A DNA stretch of 32,000 nucleotides from Paramicrosporidium saccamoebae KSL3 (Eukaryota; Fungi; Cryptomycota). Below, one piece after another: positions 9,143-19,624 of the stretch. The first letter of the stretch is position 1. The number at the start of each line of letters is the position of its first letter. The position numbers were made by a program, and so were the translations under genes. The notes under the pieces were generated by a model. It did no database searches and was not told the origin of the DNA. It saw only the letters and a list, made by a program, of their open reading frames with translations. The stretch lies in contig MTSL01000008.1 of the NCBI GenBank assembly GCA_002794465.1, forward strand, positions 1-32,000, in the 5' to 3' direction.

Positions 9143-12100
9143 TTATTTAAGAGTTTTGCGTTCTTTGGAAATTCGATTGTAAAAATGTTTCAATTCACGA
9201 CCGCTTATTTCAGTGGGCCAAACACTGGCGATATATTTCCAAACACGATCGGAATCCCGCTCGTTCGAGAGCAATCGGCCAATCTTTTCTAATGCAGCAC
9301 AAACGCCATCCAGATTGTTGGAGAATGATTCGGCAGAGAGAGAGGCAATAAATGCAATGTCCTCTCTCGCGGGCTTGAGAATCTTTTTCATCTCTTTCAT
9401 CACCAGAGACTCTTCATCAAGCGTTAACAAGTCAGTCTCTTCCGCTTCGGGTGGATCCTTCTTTTTCCTGGAATTCTTAGACGGTCCAGCAGCCGGCCGG
9501 TCTGTCATCATATGTGTTAATAAATTCTCCACCCTCCTCCCGAGATGAAGATCCTTTGGCAAAAATTTGGAATCGTCCGCATTGTCCACAAGGGACTCTT
9601 TCAGATGGCCAATATCGAGCGCAGCGTCTTCTGCAATCCGCAGCCAGTTCCCAAATCCATACTTGTGCACGCCCAACAGCAATTGCGCATCATCCCGAGG
9701 CGTCTTCCATTCAATCATCCATTTATGGGCACCAACAGAAGAAACGGCCTTGATGCCTCTCTCAGTGATCTGAAACTCCTTTGGTCGATACAAGTAGGGA
9801 GTGACCCGTTCATGGAGAAAACTGAGCAGATTGTTCCTCTCACGTAATTGTGACAAATTGACGTGGACAAGATTGCTCAACTTGCACGAATCATCGGATG
9901 TCTGCAGTTTCCTGCGCAACACATGCAAGGCATGTCGAAGATGCTCCGGCTTAAAGCAATCCCCCTCAGATTCTGTCACTTCTTTCAAAATTGTATCAAA
10001 ACGTCCTTCAATCACGCCAAACCGAAGAGCAGTAGCCAACAATGCCCGGGTAACACTTTTAGTTAATTTGATAGAGTCGTCACTTGAATCGATGTTGGCT
10101 CTCTTTTTGGTCACTCGCTGTCTCCTGTCAGAATCTACCTCGGGCTCCACAGAAGCGACATGAGCAGTGCGACTTTTTCTTTTGCTTGCAGAAGTAAATA
10201 ATGCTTCTTGCAAAACCATGTCCTTTTTGCGTTGTTCATCAGCCTCCATGGTCGCCTTTGCTTTGTCTATTTCGTCTTGTGGAATAATTTCATCCCAATC
10301 TCTCAACGGCGCACCAAAGTCTGCCACCTTGAACTGATCAAAGAAGCCCGAGTTGGCTGTGCCGGCGGGGGCCGATTCCAAATTGTCTGCCCGGCTCAAG
10401 ATTTCGTCAAGGTCCAGCTGTCCTTGCGTTCCAGTATTATTAAACAAATCTTGAGAGCCGAATTTTAAAATTTCCTGAAGCTCCTCTCTGGTAATCTTCT
10501 TGCCATCCCCAAACGAGCCAGTGTCGCGGGACCGAGCCATCTTTGCAGAAGTATCCATGGACTGGATAACCAGGTGATCGAGCACCATTTTCTGCTTTGC
10601 GCGCTCCAAAATCGTCTCTTCCACAGAATTCTTAGAGACAAGGCGATAAATGTTGACAGACCTCGTCTGGCCTATCCTATGAGCACGCGCCATTGCTTGC
10701 AAATCATTCTGCGGGTTCCAGTCACTGTCATAAATGATCACAGTATCTGCCGTCTCTAAATTAATACCCAGTCCCCCTGCCCTTGTGGAGAGGAGAAAGC
10801 AAAAATCTGCCGAGTTGGGGGCGTTAAAGGCCGCTATCGACTTTTTTCTTGCATCTGAAGAGGTTCCGCCATCCAGACGCTGAAATTTCCAAGCCTTTAG
10901 CTGGAGATATTCACTCAAAATGTCCAGCATTCGGACCATTTGAGAGAATATGAGCACTCGATGTCCATCCTGATGAAGGCGGGTCATCAATTGGTCGAGG
11001 ACTGCCAATTTCCCCGATCCTTTGAGCAGACGATCAACCGATCCAACATCTTCCAAAGGCCCTCCACCTACAAGCAACGGATGATTGGAGACTTTTTTCA
11101 GCTCAATCAAAATATTGTTCAGCGACCCGACATTCTTTGTATGGCACGCCAGTTCCTTGTAATTTCTAGTAATCACGAGCCTAGACAGTTCCTTTTGCTC
11201 TTCCGACAGCTCGATGCGCAAAATTCTTTCTACCTTTCCTGGCAGTGAAGTTTCAACGTCCTTTTTCATTCTCCTTAACAAGTGTGGCTTGAGAATCTTG
11301 TGCAGCTTTTCCAACTTTTTGTCGGCCTCGTCGCTGTGTCCAGCCTGCTCAGTGCCAGCTGGAGGACCATATTTTTCCAAAAATTCTTCATAATCTGGAA
11401 ATTTGTTCGGCATTAAAAAGTGTAATAGAGACCATAGTTCCAGAATTGAATTTTGCAAAGGAGTTCCTGTAACCAAGAGACGACTCGAGGGCGAGAGTTG
11501 ATCTAGGACAGCATGAAGCTGCGAATCTGCATTCTTAAGACGATGTCCTTCGTCGACAATCAGCATTCTCCAATCAACCTCTGATAAATATTCCTGATCC
11601 TTTAAAACCAGTTCATAGGTAGTAAGTAGCACGTGAAAAAGAGGAAAAGTTGGCTTGGAATTAGGATTAGTCGAGTTGGAGTTGACCGAGTTGGAATCAC
11701 TTCGTCTCGCACCTCTAGTATCTACATCATTACGCGCGTCTTTTGTATCTTCGGCAAACCATTCGTAATACCGTTGCACTCCACGACTCTTTCCATCGCC
11801 GAGATAGAGTAAAGTGTTTAAAGATGGCGCCCATTGATAAAACTCGCGTTGCCAGGCAGCAATGGTGCTTAGCGGAACAACGACCAGAACGGGGCCCGTA
11901 AACCCATATTCATGAACCAAGGAGGAGATGTAGGAAATGGACTGCACCGTCTTTCCCAAACCCATTTCGTCGGCCAAAATGACATTTGTGCCATGACACC
12001 AAGAATACGCGAGCCAATTTACACTCTCCAATTGATAGTCGCGAAGCTGTCCACATTTTGCCAAATATTCTGGAAGACTCTCCAGTTTCCTAAATGTACA

Positions 12101-13141
12101 GCGCTTATGCAGTAGTTTGGGACTTGGCTGAATTCCGCCCGAGTACGCCCTACAAGTATACTCGTCCACCAACATTCGGTAATTCTCTATCCTCTCCAGT
12201 GGTTCCCAGGTGCACTCTGCGTAGGGAACCATCATCCATTTACATAGGTAATAATCTACTCCACTACCCTCATCTAGCCAATGATCCAGAACCCGCTCAA
12301 CCACCTTGAACTCTTCAATATCAATTTCTTCATTCATCCTAGAGGGATCTTTGAGAAAATTTTCCAACTTTCTACCACCACCAAATGTCCGTACCTGATC
12401 CACCGACTCCCAACTATCAAACAAGTGCGATCGATGCTTCCATTTGATCAAATATTGGAAACTTCCACTAGAATTCTGACGATGCCCAAGAATGCAATCA
12501 ACATGTCGAACAATATCCTTTTCGGGCACAAAGGGAATGTCAAAAGTGACTTGGGCCTTGACCCGGGGACCGTCGGTCTCTGAGAAATCCGACTCTGATT
12601 CATCAGAAACTTCTATAGGCTCAGCTTTGGAGGGACGCGTCCGATTGACTGGTTTCCGTTTGTAAGTCTCCTCACTGTCAGAACTATTAACTATCCGATT
12701 GGTCTTTTTGGGCTTCTTTCTTGGCGTTTCTTGACGTGAATCCCAAACGTCAGAGTCAGACGACGAAGATGACATGCTGGATGTAAAATCATTGTCACTA
12801 CCAGTGTCATTACTGTAATCTTCATCCTCATCTTCTTTGTTAATCCAGTTGTCCATCGGTGTTGTGTAAGAGTCTATCGATTCTATCGATTCTATCGACT
12901 CTATAGGCTCTATAGGCTCTATCGGCTCTATCGACTCTATAGGCTCTATCGGCTCTATAGTCTCTATCGGATTTACCAAGCCCATCGAGCCCACTGAACC
13001 CACCATGCCCCTCGAGCCTACCGAACCCACCATACCTGCCGAACCCATTGAACCAACCGTAGCACTGGACGCCGGAATGGTCGAACCGTGAGAAAAGTCA
13101 CTCATTAATAAGTATAATAAATCATTTTTACTTAAACCCAT
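9143..13141 (-). CDS. CHD1: Chromodomain helicase CHD1/Hrp1 (start uncertain: 13141, 13105 region or 12856)
   Basis: Tandem chromodomains, ILADEMGLGKT, DEGHRLKN, RVLIFSQM, STRAGGLGINL, DWNPQNDLQA, SANT/SLIDE-like region and C-terminal helical domain. Confidence 0.95.
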   Translation of the reverse strand: MGLSKNDLLYLLMSDFSHGSTIPASSATVGSMGSAGMVGSVGSRGMVGSVGSMGLVNPIETIEPIEPIESIEPIEPIEPIESIESIESIDSYTTPMDNWINKEDEDEDYSNDTGSDNDFTSSMSSSSSDSDVWDSRQETPRKKPKKTNRIVNSSDSEETYKRKPVNRTRPSKAEPIEVSDESESDFSETDGPRVKAQVTFDIPFVPEKDIVRHVDCILGHRQNSSGSFQYLIKWKHRSHLFDSWESVDQVRTFGGGRKLENFLKDPSRMNEEIDIEEFKVVERVLDHWLDEGSGVDYYLCKWMMVPYAECTWEPLERIENYRMLVDEYTCRAYSGGIQPSPKLLHKRCTFRKLESLPEYLAKCGQLRDYQLESVNWLAYSWCHGTNVILADEMGLGKTVQSISYISSLVHEYGFTGPVLVVVPLSTIAAWQREFYQWAPSLNTLLYLGDGKSRGVQRYYEWFAEDTKDARNDVDTRGARRSDSNSVNSNSTNPNSKPTFPLFHVLLTTYELVLKDQEYLSEVDWRMLIVDEGHRLKNADSQLHAVLDQLSPSSRLLVTGTPLQNSILELWSLLHFLMPNKFPDYEEFLEKYGPPAGTEQAGHSDEADKKLEKLHKILKPHLLRRMKKDVETSLPGKVERILRIELSEEQKELSRLVITRNYKELACHTKNVGSLNNILIELKKVSNHPLLVGGGPLEDVGSVDRLLKGSGKLAVLDQLMTRLHQDGHRVLIFSQMVRMLDILSEYLQLKAWKFQRLDGGTSSDARKKSIAAFNAPNSADFCFLLSTRAGGLGINLETADTVIIYDSDWNPQNDLQAMARAHRIGQTRSVNIYRLVSKNSVEETILERAKQKMVLDHLVIQSMDTSAKMARSRDTGSFGDGKKITREELQEILKFGSQDLFNNTGTQGQLDLDEILSRADNLESAPAGTANSGFFDQFKVADFGAPLRDWDEIIPQDEIDKAKATMEADEQRKKDMVLQEALFTSASKRKSRTAHVASVEPEVDSDRRQRVTKKRANIDSSDDSIKLTKSVTRALLATALRFGVIEGRFDTILKEVTESEGDCFKPEHLRHALHVLRRKLQTSDDSCKLSNLVHVNLSQLRERNNLLSFLHERVTPYLYRPKEFQITERGIKAVSSVGAHKWMIEWKTPRDDAQLLLGVHKYGFGNWLRIAEDAALDIGHLKESLVDNADDSKFLPKDLHLGRRVENLLTHMMTDRPAAGPSKNSRKKKDPPEAEETDLLTLDEESLVMKEMKKILKPAREDIAFIASLSAESFSNNLDGVCAALEKIGRLLSNERDSDRVWKYIASVWPTEISGRELKHFYNRISKERKTLK
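12867..13075 (-). repeat. In-frame 9-nt and 27-nt tandem repeats in the CHD1 5' extension
   Basis: Encodes (IEP/IES)n and three GSxGxxGMV-like 27-nt units. Confidence 0.85.
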
Positions 13142-13144
13142 ACA

Positions 13145-14673
13145 CTAGATCTTGGATCCTACTGCTTTGGCAAGTTCTTTTTCGATACGGCTGGCCCACT
13201 GCTTGTCACTACGCTTAAAGTGTGCCATTTCACGACGCCGAATGTGGGGTTTTGCCCCAGATATGGCCGCAGCCAAATTCCCCACCATGCGCTCCTGGCC
13301 TTCTTTGGATTGGATCGCATACAATTTTGCCGGCTGCTTAAAGTCCGCATCGGAGAGGGCGATTGGAAAACGGCCAACAGTTCCATTCAGCTCCATTGGA
13401 GTAAAAGTGATCCCCACGGCAGGACCAACCGCAGTTGGACCGCCAAAGCTGTTGGGCTCGTAGTTGGGAGCAGATCCAAAGTTGCCATTCACACACATCA
13501 ATCCGTCGCGTTGGTAGGTATTCACGTGGGTGTTCTGTGGACGATTTACTGGAATTTGGGTGTAGTTCGGACCAAGACGATGACGATGAGTGTCAGGATA
13601 CGAAAAGAGACGTCCTTGTAACATTCGGTCCACCGAGGCCTCAATGCCGGGAACTAGATGACTGGGGGAGAACGCGGCCTGCTCAATTTCCGCAAAGTAG
13701 TTGGAGGGATTGCGATTCAACACCATTCTGCCAACCGGAATCAGCGGATAATCTCCGTGGGGCCAAACTTTGGTAACGTCAAAAATATTCCAGCGATACT
13801 TTTGCGCATCAGCCTCAGGCATGACTTGGATGTGCAAGGTCCATGAAGGATAATCTTTTTTGGCAATTGCATTAAAGAGATCTCTGGTGGCGTGGTCGGG
13901 ATCTTTGCCGGCGAGCTCAGAAGCCTGGGGACGAGTCAAGTTTTTAATGCCTTGGTCCGTTTTGAAATGAAACTTGCAATAATGAATCTCGTTCTTGGCA
14001 TTCACCAGTTTGAACGTGTGGCTTCCATAGCCATTCATGCCGCGAAATCCATCTGGCGTTCCACGGTCAGAGAACAGGATGGACACTTGATGGAGAGACT
14101 CGGGGACGAGACTCAGAAAATCCCAGGTCATGTCAGGATCCTTTAGATTTGTTTGAGGGTTCTTTTTTTGCGTATGAATGAAATCTGGAAACTTGATTGG
14201 GTCTCGAAGGAAAAAGACGGGAGTGTTGTTGCCAACCAAGTCCCAGTTCCCTACACAATTACAAAATCGACTAAATTTGGATCCCTTCTTCGGTATAGAG
14301 CTTGATTGCAAAGCCACGTGGATCACGTTCAGTATCGGCCGAGCCCTTTTCGCCTCCGACGGTGGAGAAACGAATCAATAAAGGAGTCCTCTTGCCAACC
14401 TTGTTGAACAGCTTTGCCTTGGTATACTTGCTAATGTCATGAGTGACCTCGAGGTATCCATGGGCGCCGGCCCCTTTGGCATGAACGACGCGCTCTGGGA
14501 TTCTCTCGCGGTCAAAGTGGGCGAGCTTGTCAATCAGGTGAAAGTCTTGCAACAGCCTAAACAAAGGATGAGACCCGGCAACTCAATCTCTACACGGGAC
14601 CATTGACACCTGCCGTCTGCGAGGTCTGGTTGTAGTCCACAGGATTTCCGTTAGAAGTGGTGAGCACGGGCAT
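13145..14673 (-). CDS. CAT: Monofunctional haem catalase; exons 14673-14594, 14556-14285, 14250-13145
   Basis: [54 protein letters not shown]; ends SKI* (PTS1-like). Intron 2 has a GG donor. Confidence 0.93.
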
Positions 14674-14748
14674 ACTAACAATGCGCGAGTTTATTATTGT
14701 CAATTCATGCTATATAGACTACAACGAAATGAATTTGTCTTTAGTCCA

Positions 14749-16587
14749 ATGTCGGAAATGGACGTTGTGATGGGCGAAAATAGTGACATAGAGGGCAATG
14801 ATGAATTCATTCAGCCCGTGGCCCTCCTGATGGATGAGCTCAAGAGTGAGGAGACTGCAGTCCGGGTAGAGTCCATGAAGCGACTTGGAACCATTGCGCT
14901 TGCACTCGGCCCAGAACGGACTCGAAACGAACTGGTGCCATTTTTACAGAGCTCCCTAGACGAGGAGGACGAAGTTTTGACGGCGCTGGCCGAGGAAATT
15001 ACCAGTCTTCTGGAGTATGTGGGAGGTGCACCGCACGGATATATCCTATTACCACTTCTGGAAGGGCTGGTCAGTGCTGAGGAGACATATGTACGGAACA
15101 CTGCATTAGATGCCTTTGAACTGATTATAAAAGACATGCCGGAGGCTCATCTAAAGGAACACTTGACACCGGCAATCCAGAGACTTGCCTCGGGAGACTG
15201 GTTCTCCAAAAAGAGCAGCGCATCAGTCTTAATAGTGGCGCTTTCCAGTCGAGTGAACGAAGCCTCCGAGATGGAGATGAGCGTCAAACAGGCCATAATG
15301 ACTGAGGCGCTACGAATGTTTGCGGCGTTGGCGGTTGACGAGACTCCGCTGGTCCGCAAAGCAGTGGCCAATAATCTGGTAAAACTCATTCCTCTGGTCG
15401 ATGTGTCTATACGGGATCAACAATTGAACACTCTCTGTTCACAGCTTGCTGCCGACCCGCAGGACTCGGTCCGCCTGCTTGCCGTGGAACCAGTGACAGT
15501 CCTGATGGAAAAGTGTTCCATGGTCGAATTTAATGCCTTGGTTCCGCTCTTTTTGGCATTGGCCAGTGACAATTCGTGGAGAATTCGGTTTATGGTAGCC
15601 AAATTGTATGGACGACTGGCGGCAGCTCTGGTGAATGGAAATAATGCCTCGGTCAATGTCCTTGACATTTACTGTGCTCTGATGAGGGACGCAGAGGCCG
15701 AGGTGCGCAGTGCTGCCTGTTCACAGATTACAAGCGTTTCCAGCGTCATTCCTGCATCTATAACAGAGGACAAGATTATTTCTTCTGCGAGAACACTTCT
15801 TTCGGATCCTTCAGCTCACGTTCGTGCTGCTCTGGCTTTGCAACTAAATCAAGTGTCCAAGGTCCTTGGTTCAGACTCGTCAGTCAAATTGGTTCTACCA
15901 ATGGTCCTCCAACTTTTAAGAGACGAGTCGTCTGATGTTCGCCTCAATGTCATCTCCAGGCTCGAAGTGATTGTCGAGGTCATTGGTATTGACCAACTTG
16001 CTGCCTCTCTCCTCCCTGCAATTGTGGCTTTGGCAGAGGACCGTCAATGGCGAGTCCGCCAGACGATCATTGAATACATTCCCGAACTATCCTCTCATCT
16101 CGGACGGGCATTTTTCGAGGAAAAGTTGGCCAAGTTGGCAATCTCATGGTTGAATGATGCCGTTTTCGCCGTGAGGGAGACGGCAGTGGATTCGGTAAAG
16201 AGGATCATTCAGCAGTTTGGATCCGAGTGGACTGTGAACAGTGGACTATTGCAACAACTCTTAGAGTACGCTCAGCATCGAAATTATCTGCGTCGGATGA
16301 CCCTCCTTTCCGCACTATCTCAAACGTGCTGTGTGGTGGAGACGCCAGTAATCACTGCGCAATTTGTTCCCATCTTGGAAAAGTTGGCTAGCGATCCTAT
16401 TGCAAATGTCCGGTTCAACGTGGCCAAGGCCCTCCAAGCCATAGTCCCGATTCTAATTGCTGCCAGCGAATGCAACGAGGTGCTTCGTGCTCCCATAGTT
16501 CCCATGTTACAGGAACTACAGAGGGATGCGGATTCTGATGTCCGAGACCATGCTACTCTCGCTCTTAACATTATTCCAGTGTTCTAA
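14749..16587 (+). CDS. TPD3: PP2A scaffold subunit A (HEAT repeats); an upstream in-frame ATG exists at 14707
   Basis: LMDELKSEE, ALALGPERTRNELVPFL, WRIRFMVA, WRVRQTIIEYIP, DPIANVRFNVAK. Confidence 0.95.
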   Translation: MSEMDVVMGENSDIEGNDEFIQPVALLMDELKSEETAVRVESMKRLGTIALALGPERTRNELVPFLQSSLDEEDEVLTALAEEITSLLEYVGGAPHGYILLPLLEGLVSAEETYVRNTALDAFELIIKDMPEAHLKEHLTPAIQRLASGDWFSKKSSASVLIVALSSRVNEASEMEMSVKQAIMTEALRMFAALAVDETPLVRKAVANNLVKLIPLVDVSIRDQQLNTLCSQLAADPQDSVRLLAVEPVTVLMEKCSMVEFNALVPLFLALASDNSWRIRFMVAKLYGRLAAALVNGNNASVNVLDIYCALMRDAEAEVRSAACSQITSVSSVIPASITEDKIISSARTLLSDPSAHVRAALALQLNQVSKVLGSDSSVKLVLPMVLQLLRDESSDVRLNVISRLEVIVEVIGIDQLAASLLPAIVALAEDRQWRVRQTIIEYIPELSSHLGRAFFEEKLAKLAISWLNDAVFAVRETAVDSVKRIIQQFGSEWTVNSGLLQQLLEYAQHRNYLRRMTLLSALSQTCCVVETPVITAQFVPILEKLASDPIANVRFNVAKALQAIVPILIAASECNEVLRAPIVPMLQELQRDADSDVRDHATLALNIIPVF

Positions 16588-16616
16588 ATAAACCAATACT
16601 CCGATCTGTTCATGAC

Positions 16617-16850
16617 AGGGGTCCAGATAGAGATGGCTTCCTCGGCATTGTGATAGCTTGGAAAGGAAGACTTTTGCGTTCTCGCTGGCCAGGAACTTGG
16701 ATAAGATTGGATGTCTCGGAGCTAAGATATCTTGAAGAGGAATACTCCCACGTCCTCGCTGTCCGGGGGTCCAAATGAAGTTGGATGCCTCGGCATTAAG
16801 ATATCTCGGAAAGGAAGACTTTCGCGTCCTCAGTGCCCTGGAGATTGGCA
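16617..16850 (+). repeat. 74-bp tandem triplication; the third copy is the RIO2 start
   Basis: Matching blocks recur at offsets of exactly 74 and 148 bp, e.g. GGAAAGGAAGACTTT at 16660 and 16808, TTGGATGYCTCGG at 16707 and 16781. Confidence 0.85.
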
Positions 16851-18073
16851 GCAAAAATCACCAAGTGGTGCCGCTGTCGATGATAGCAAGTCTGTGTCGG
16901 ATGCGTCCGGGTGGTGTCAACTCTCGTCTTGCCGAGCTTGCTAAGCACCGTCTCGTTTCCAAGGAGCACCACACCAGCTATGAGGGCTTCCGTCTCACCT
17001 ATGGTGGATACGACTATTTGGCGTTGTATGCCATGTCCCAAAGGGGGACAGTGTTGGGGGTTGGCCGGCAAATAGGAGTGGGCAAAGAGTCGGATGTTTA
17101 TCTCGTCGAGGGCAGATATCCCTGCGAAACAGAGTGCGAAGAAGAGCTGCCAACCGAGTCTTTTGTTCTCAAGATTGAGCGTCTGGGCCGCACTTCGTTT
17201 AGGACTGTCAAGACCAACCGGGACTATGTGGGTCGTCGCACCCACGTTTCCTGGATGTACATGTCTCGTCTGGCGGCTGAGAAGGAGTGGCTGTTCATGA
17301 AAGCGCTCCATCAGCATGGATTCCCTACCCCAAAACCTGTTGACTGGAACCGGCACTGCATTGTAATGGAGTGGATCGAAGGGCGCACGCTAGAGCAACT
17401 GCATCCCGAGGACTGGCCTGAAGGTACCGATATGCTTCAGATCGCCCAATACCTCTACAACCACCTAATGAAGTTGATTATCCGTCTCGCCGAACACGGT
17501 CTTGTTCATGGTGACTTTAACGAGTTCAATTTAATGATAAGAGACGGCTTTGTAGATGAGCCAATCTTTGATGACGAAAACCATCCGATAGTCATGATAG
17601 ACTTTCCGCAAATGGTCTCCACCTCCCATATTAACGCAAAAGAATTGTTTGAGCGCGATGTCAACTGTCTGAGGACATTTTTTACGCGGCGCTATGGCTT
17701 CGAGCCCACTGAGTGGCCCTGTTTTGATCGTGATGTTTCTGTCGATATTCAGCTTGATAGTGAAGTTCGTGCTTCAGGCTTCCGAGGCATTAAGAATCTG
17801 ATTGATGATAATGCAGGGAGTGACAATGATACAGACGACGTCGATGAAGACTGTGATACGAGTGACGCTGACAATAGTGATAACGTTGATGACAGCGATG
17901 ATAATGAGGATGAAGACAGTGATGATAACGAGGATGAAGACAGTGGTGATGATGATGATGGAGATGATGATGACGATGGAGATGAAGACAGTGATGCTAA
18001 TGGAGACGAAGACAGCGATTATGACAACAATGCCGACAATACCACTGAAGACACTGATAGAACGGATAGATAG
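16775..18073 (+). CDS. RIO2: RIO2 atypical kinase with Asp-rich tail
   Basis: EDFRVLSALEIGSKNHQVVP, GFRLTYGGYDYLAL, IGVGKESDVY, RLGRTSFR, VHGDFNEFNL, IDFPQMVS. Confidence 0.95.
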   Translation: MKLDASALRYLGKEDFRVLSALEIGSKNHQVVPLSMIASLCRMRPGGVNSRLAELAKHRLVSKEHHTSYEGFRLTYGGYDYLALYAMSQRGTVLGVGRQIGVGKESDVYLVEGRYPCETECEEELPTESFVLKIERLGRTSFRTVKTNRDYVGRRTHVSWMYMSRLAAEKEWLFMKALHQHGFPTPKPVDWNRHCIVMEWIEGRTLEQLHPEDWPEGTDMLQIAQYLYNHLMKLIIRLAEHGLVHGDFNEFNLMIRDGFVDEPIFDDENHPIVMIDFPQMVSTSHINAKELFERDVNCLRTFFTRRYGFEPTEWPCFDRDVSVDIQLDSEVRASGFRGIKNLIDDNAGSDNDTDDVDEDCDTSDADNSDNVDDSDDNEDEDSDDNEDEDSGDDDDGDDDDDGDEDSDANGDEDSDYDNNADNTTEDTDRTDR

Positions 18074-18093
18074 AATAGAGACTGATTTTTGAG

Positions 18094-18390
18094 GTTTGTA
18101 GTAAAGACTCTGTTAAACATCATCCACTTACTATTGATGAGTCCGATCCAGATAACGATACCACAGGTCATTCTGTCGCGTAGTGGGGATAATACCGCGG
18201 CCCGGTTTAGGCGAGAAGAGAACCTGTTTACTGCTAATCCTATAATAGTATAGATACACATCACATCCCACTGTCCTCAATACCCAGCAAAGCGATCCAC
18301 TCTAGCACGCAAATACCCAACTATTCAACCCTCTGCCTCTACGTCACATAGCCAACTAATCAATCCTCTACCTCTACGTCACAATTCCAA
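18094..18390. repeat. Dispersed intergenic repeat family, copy A
   Basis: Shares a 27/28 core (18173-18200), CGAGAAGAGAA and TCTACGTCACA with 20260-20720; has an internal 35-bp duplication at 18317 and 18352. Confidence 0.65.
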
Positions 18391-18518
18391 TCGTGTTAAG
18401 AATGGCTGCTTATAAAGGAGCCGCATACTTTAACAAAATTCATTCGCTCATCAAAAGACTCTTCACTGGAATTCTAGAATCGTAAATGTATGAGCGACAT
18501 AATCTATTATAAATTTGT

Positions 18519-19562
18519 CTATTTTATAAATACGTAAATATGTGGACTAGTTCTGATGGGCGCAGGGAGTAAATTTACAAAAGTATCAGAGTCATAGCCA
18601 GAGGCAATGCTGAACGCCAATAGCCCCTTCAGAGCGGCCGCTACTCTCGTATGGGCTTGTCTTTCGGATGATTTTGCACCCCTCTGTACGCTTCCAGTTA
18701 TGGGAGAAGCTTCAAGCCAATCGTCCAACAGACTATTGCTGAGCCAGGCAATAATTTTGCTAAATTTCATCTCGCAGATTCCCTCGAGAATTTGATCTGA
18801 TGTGGTCTTTCGAAGTCGAGCGCCGATCAAAGAGTTACTTTGTACAGACTGCCAGCAATAATGTAGCGGTGGGGCACTCTCAGGTGCCATCTTGGCCTTT
18901 GTGTAAGCAGCAACAAGTTGCATGGCGCATTCCTGTGCCTTATTTCCTTTCTGCCTCGACAGCGTCCCATCGGCAAGCGCAGCAAGCAAGTTTCCCGTAT
19001 ATGGTAATAGTACAGTCATTGGTACTGCTTTCAGAGCAGCCTCAAGAAACTTGATAGAGTCCCTCCTAATGTCAGTGTGTAGATGTGTCATAGCCAGAAG
19101 GGCAAACTGCACCCACCCACCAAAGAGCGCTCTCAGCTCGACCTTTTGCTCCCACAAATATACAGTCAGATGTAGAACAGCTGTCCGTACTACCGCCTCA
19201 TTATCCACCATTCCGCGACTTGCATGCTCCAGAAGAACGTTAATAACATCGCCAATATCCGGATGCTCTTTGCAGCGCTTTAGAAGTGTTGCAAAGGCTT
19301 CTTTTCGGACATTTGTATTGTAGTGTCCAGTTTGGGAGAGTGTTGGTTTCAAGATGGCTGCCAAGGCTGACGAAGAGCCTTCTGATGTGGCTTCTATCTT
19401 TTGGGCTGTCGAAAGGTGCTGTTCGCGCAGTGCAAGGCGTTTTGTTTGAAAGGACGTGTTTGTAGCGTTCACTGCGCCCGCTTTGGCGCGACCCACCTTG
19501 ACTTTGGACTTTTCAAAATCTTTTGGACCCGTTTTCCTCGACTTTTTGTTCAAGTTGGCCAT
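18519..19562 (-). CDS. IPI1: Rix1-complex subunit Ipi1/TEX10
   Basis: N-terminal KDFEKSKVKVGR..NATNTSF..K...L.EQ and HYNTNVRKEA (Ipi1_N-like), followed by HEAT-like repeats. An alternative ATG is at 19592. Confidence 0.85.
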   Translation of the reverse strand: MANLNKKSRKTGPKDFEKSKVKVGRAKAGAVNATNTSFQTKRLALREQHLSTAQKIEATSEGSSSALAAILKPTLSQTGHYNTNVRKEAFATLLKRCKEHPDIGDVINVLLEHASRGMVDNEAVVRTAVLHLTVYLWEQKVELRALFGGWVQFALLAMTHLHTDIRRDSIKFLEAALKAVPMTVLLPYTGNLLAALADGTLSRQKGNKAQECAMQLVAAYTKAKMAPESAPPLHYCWQSVQSNSLIGARLRKTTSDQILEGICEMKFSKIIAWLSNSLLDDWLEASPITGSVQRGAKSSERQAHTRVAAALKGLLAFSIASGYDSDTFVNLLPAPIRTSPHIYVFIK

Positions 19563-19624
19563 ACCGGGGATGCACTTGCCAAATTGGTACATGTAAATAA
19601 ATGGTCCCCGGGTCCCAACACAAC

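Noticed and set aside
11530-11560. DEGH instead of DEAH in CHD1 motif II
   Set aside because: DEGH is a common functional variant among SNF2 ATPases.
17790-18070. Asp-rich 21-nt repeats at the RIO2 3' end as a separate element
   Set aside because: In-frame low-complexity acidic tail; acidic C-termini are usual for Rio2.
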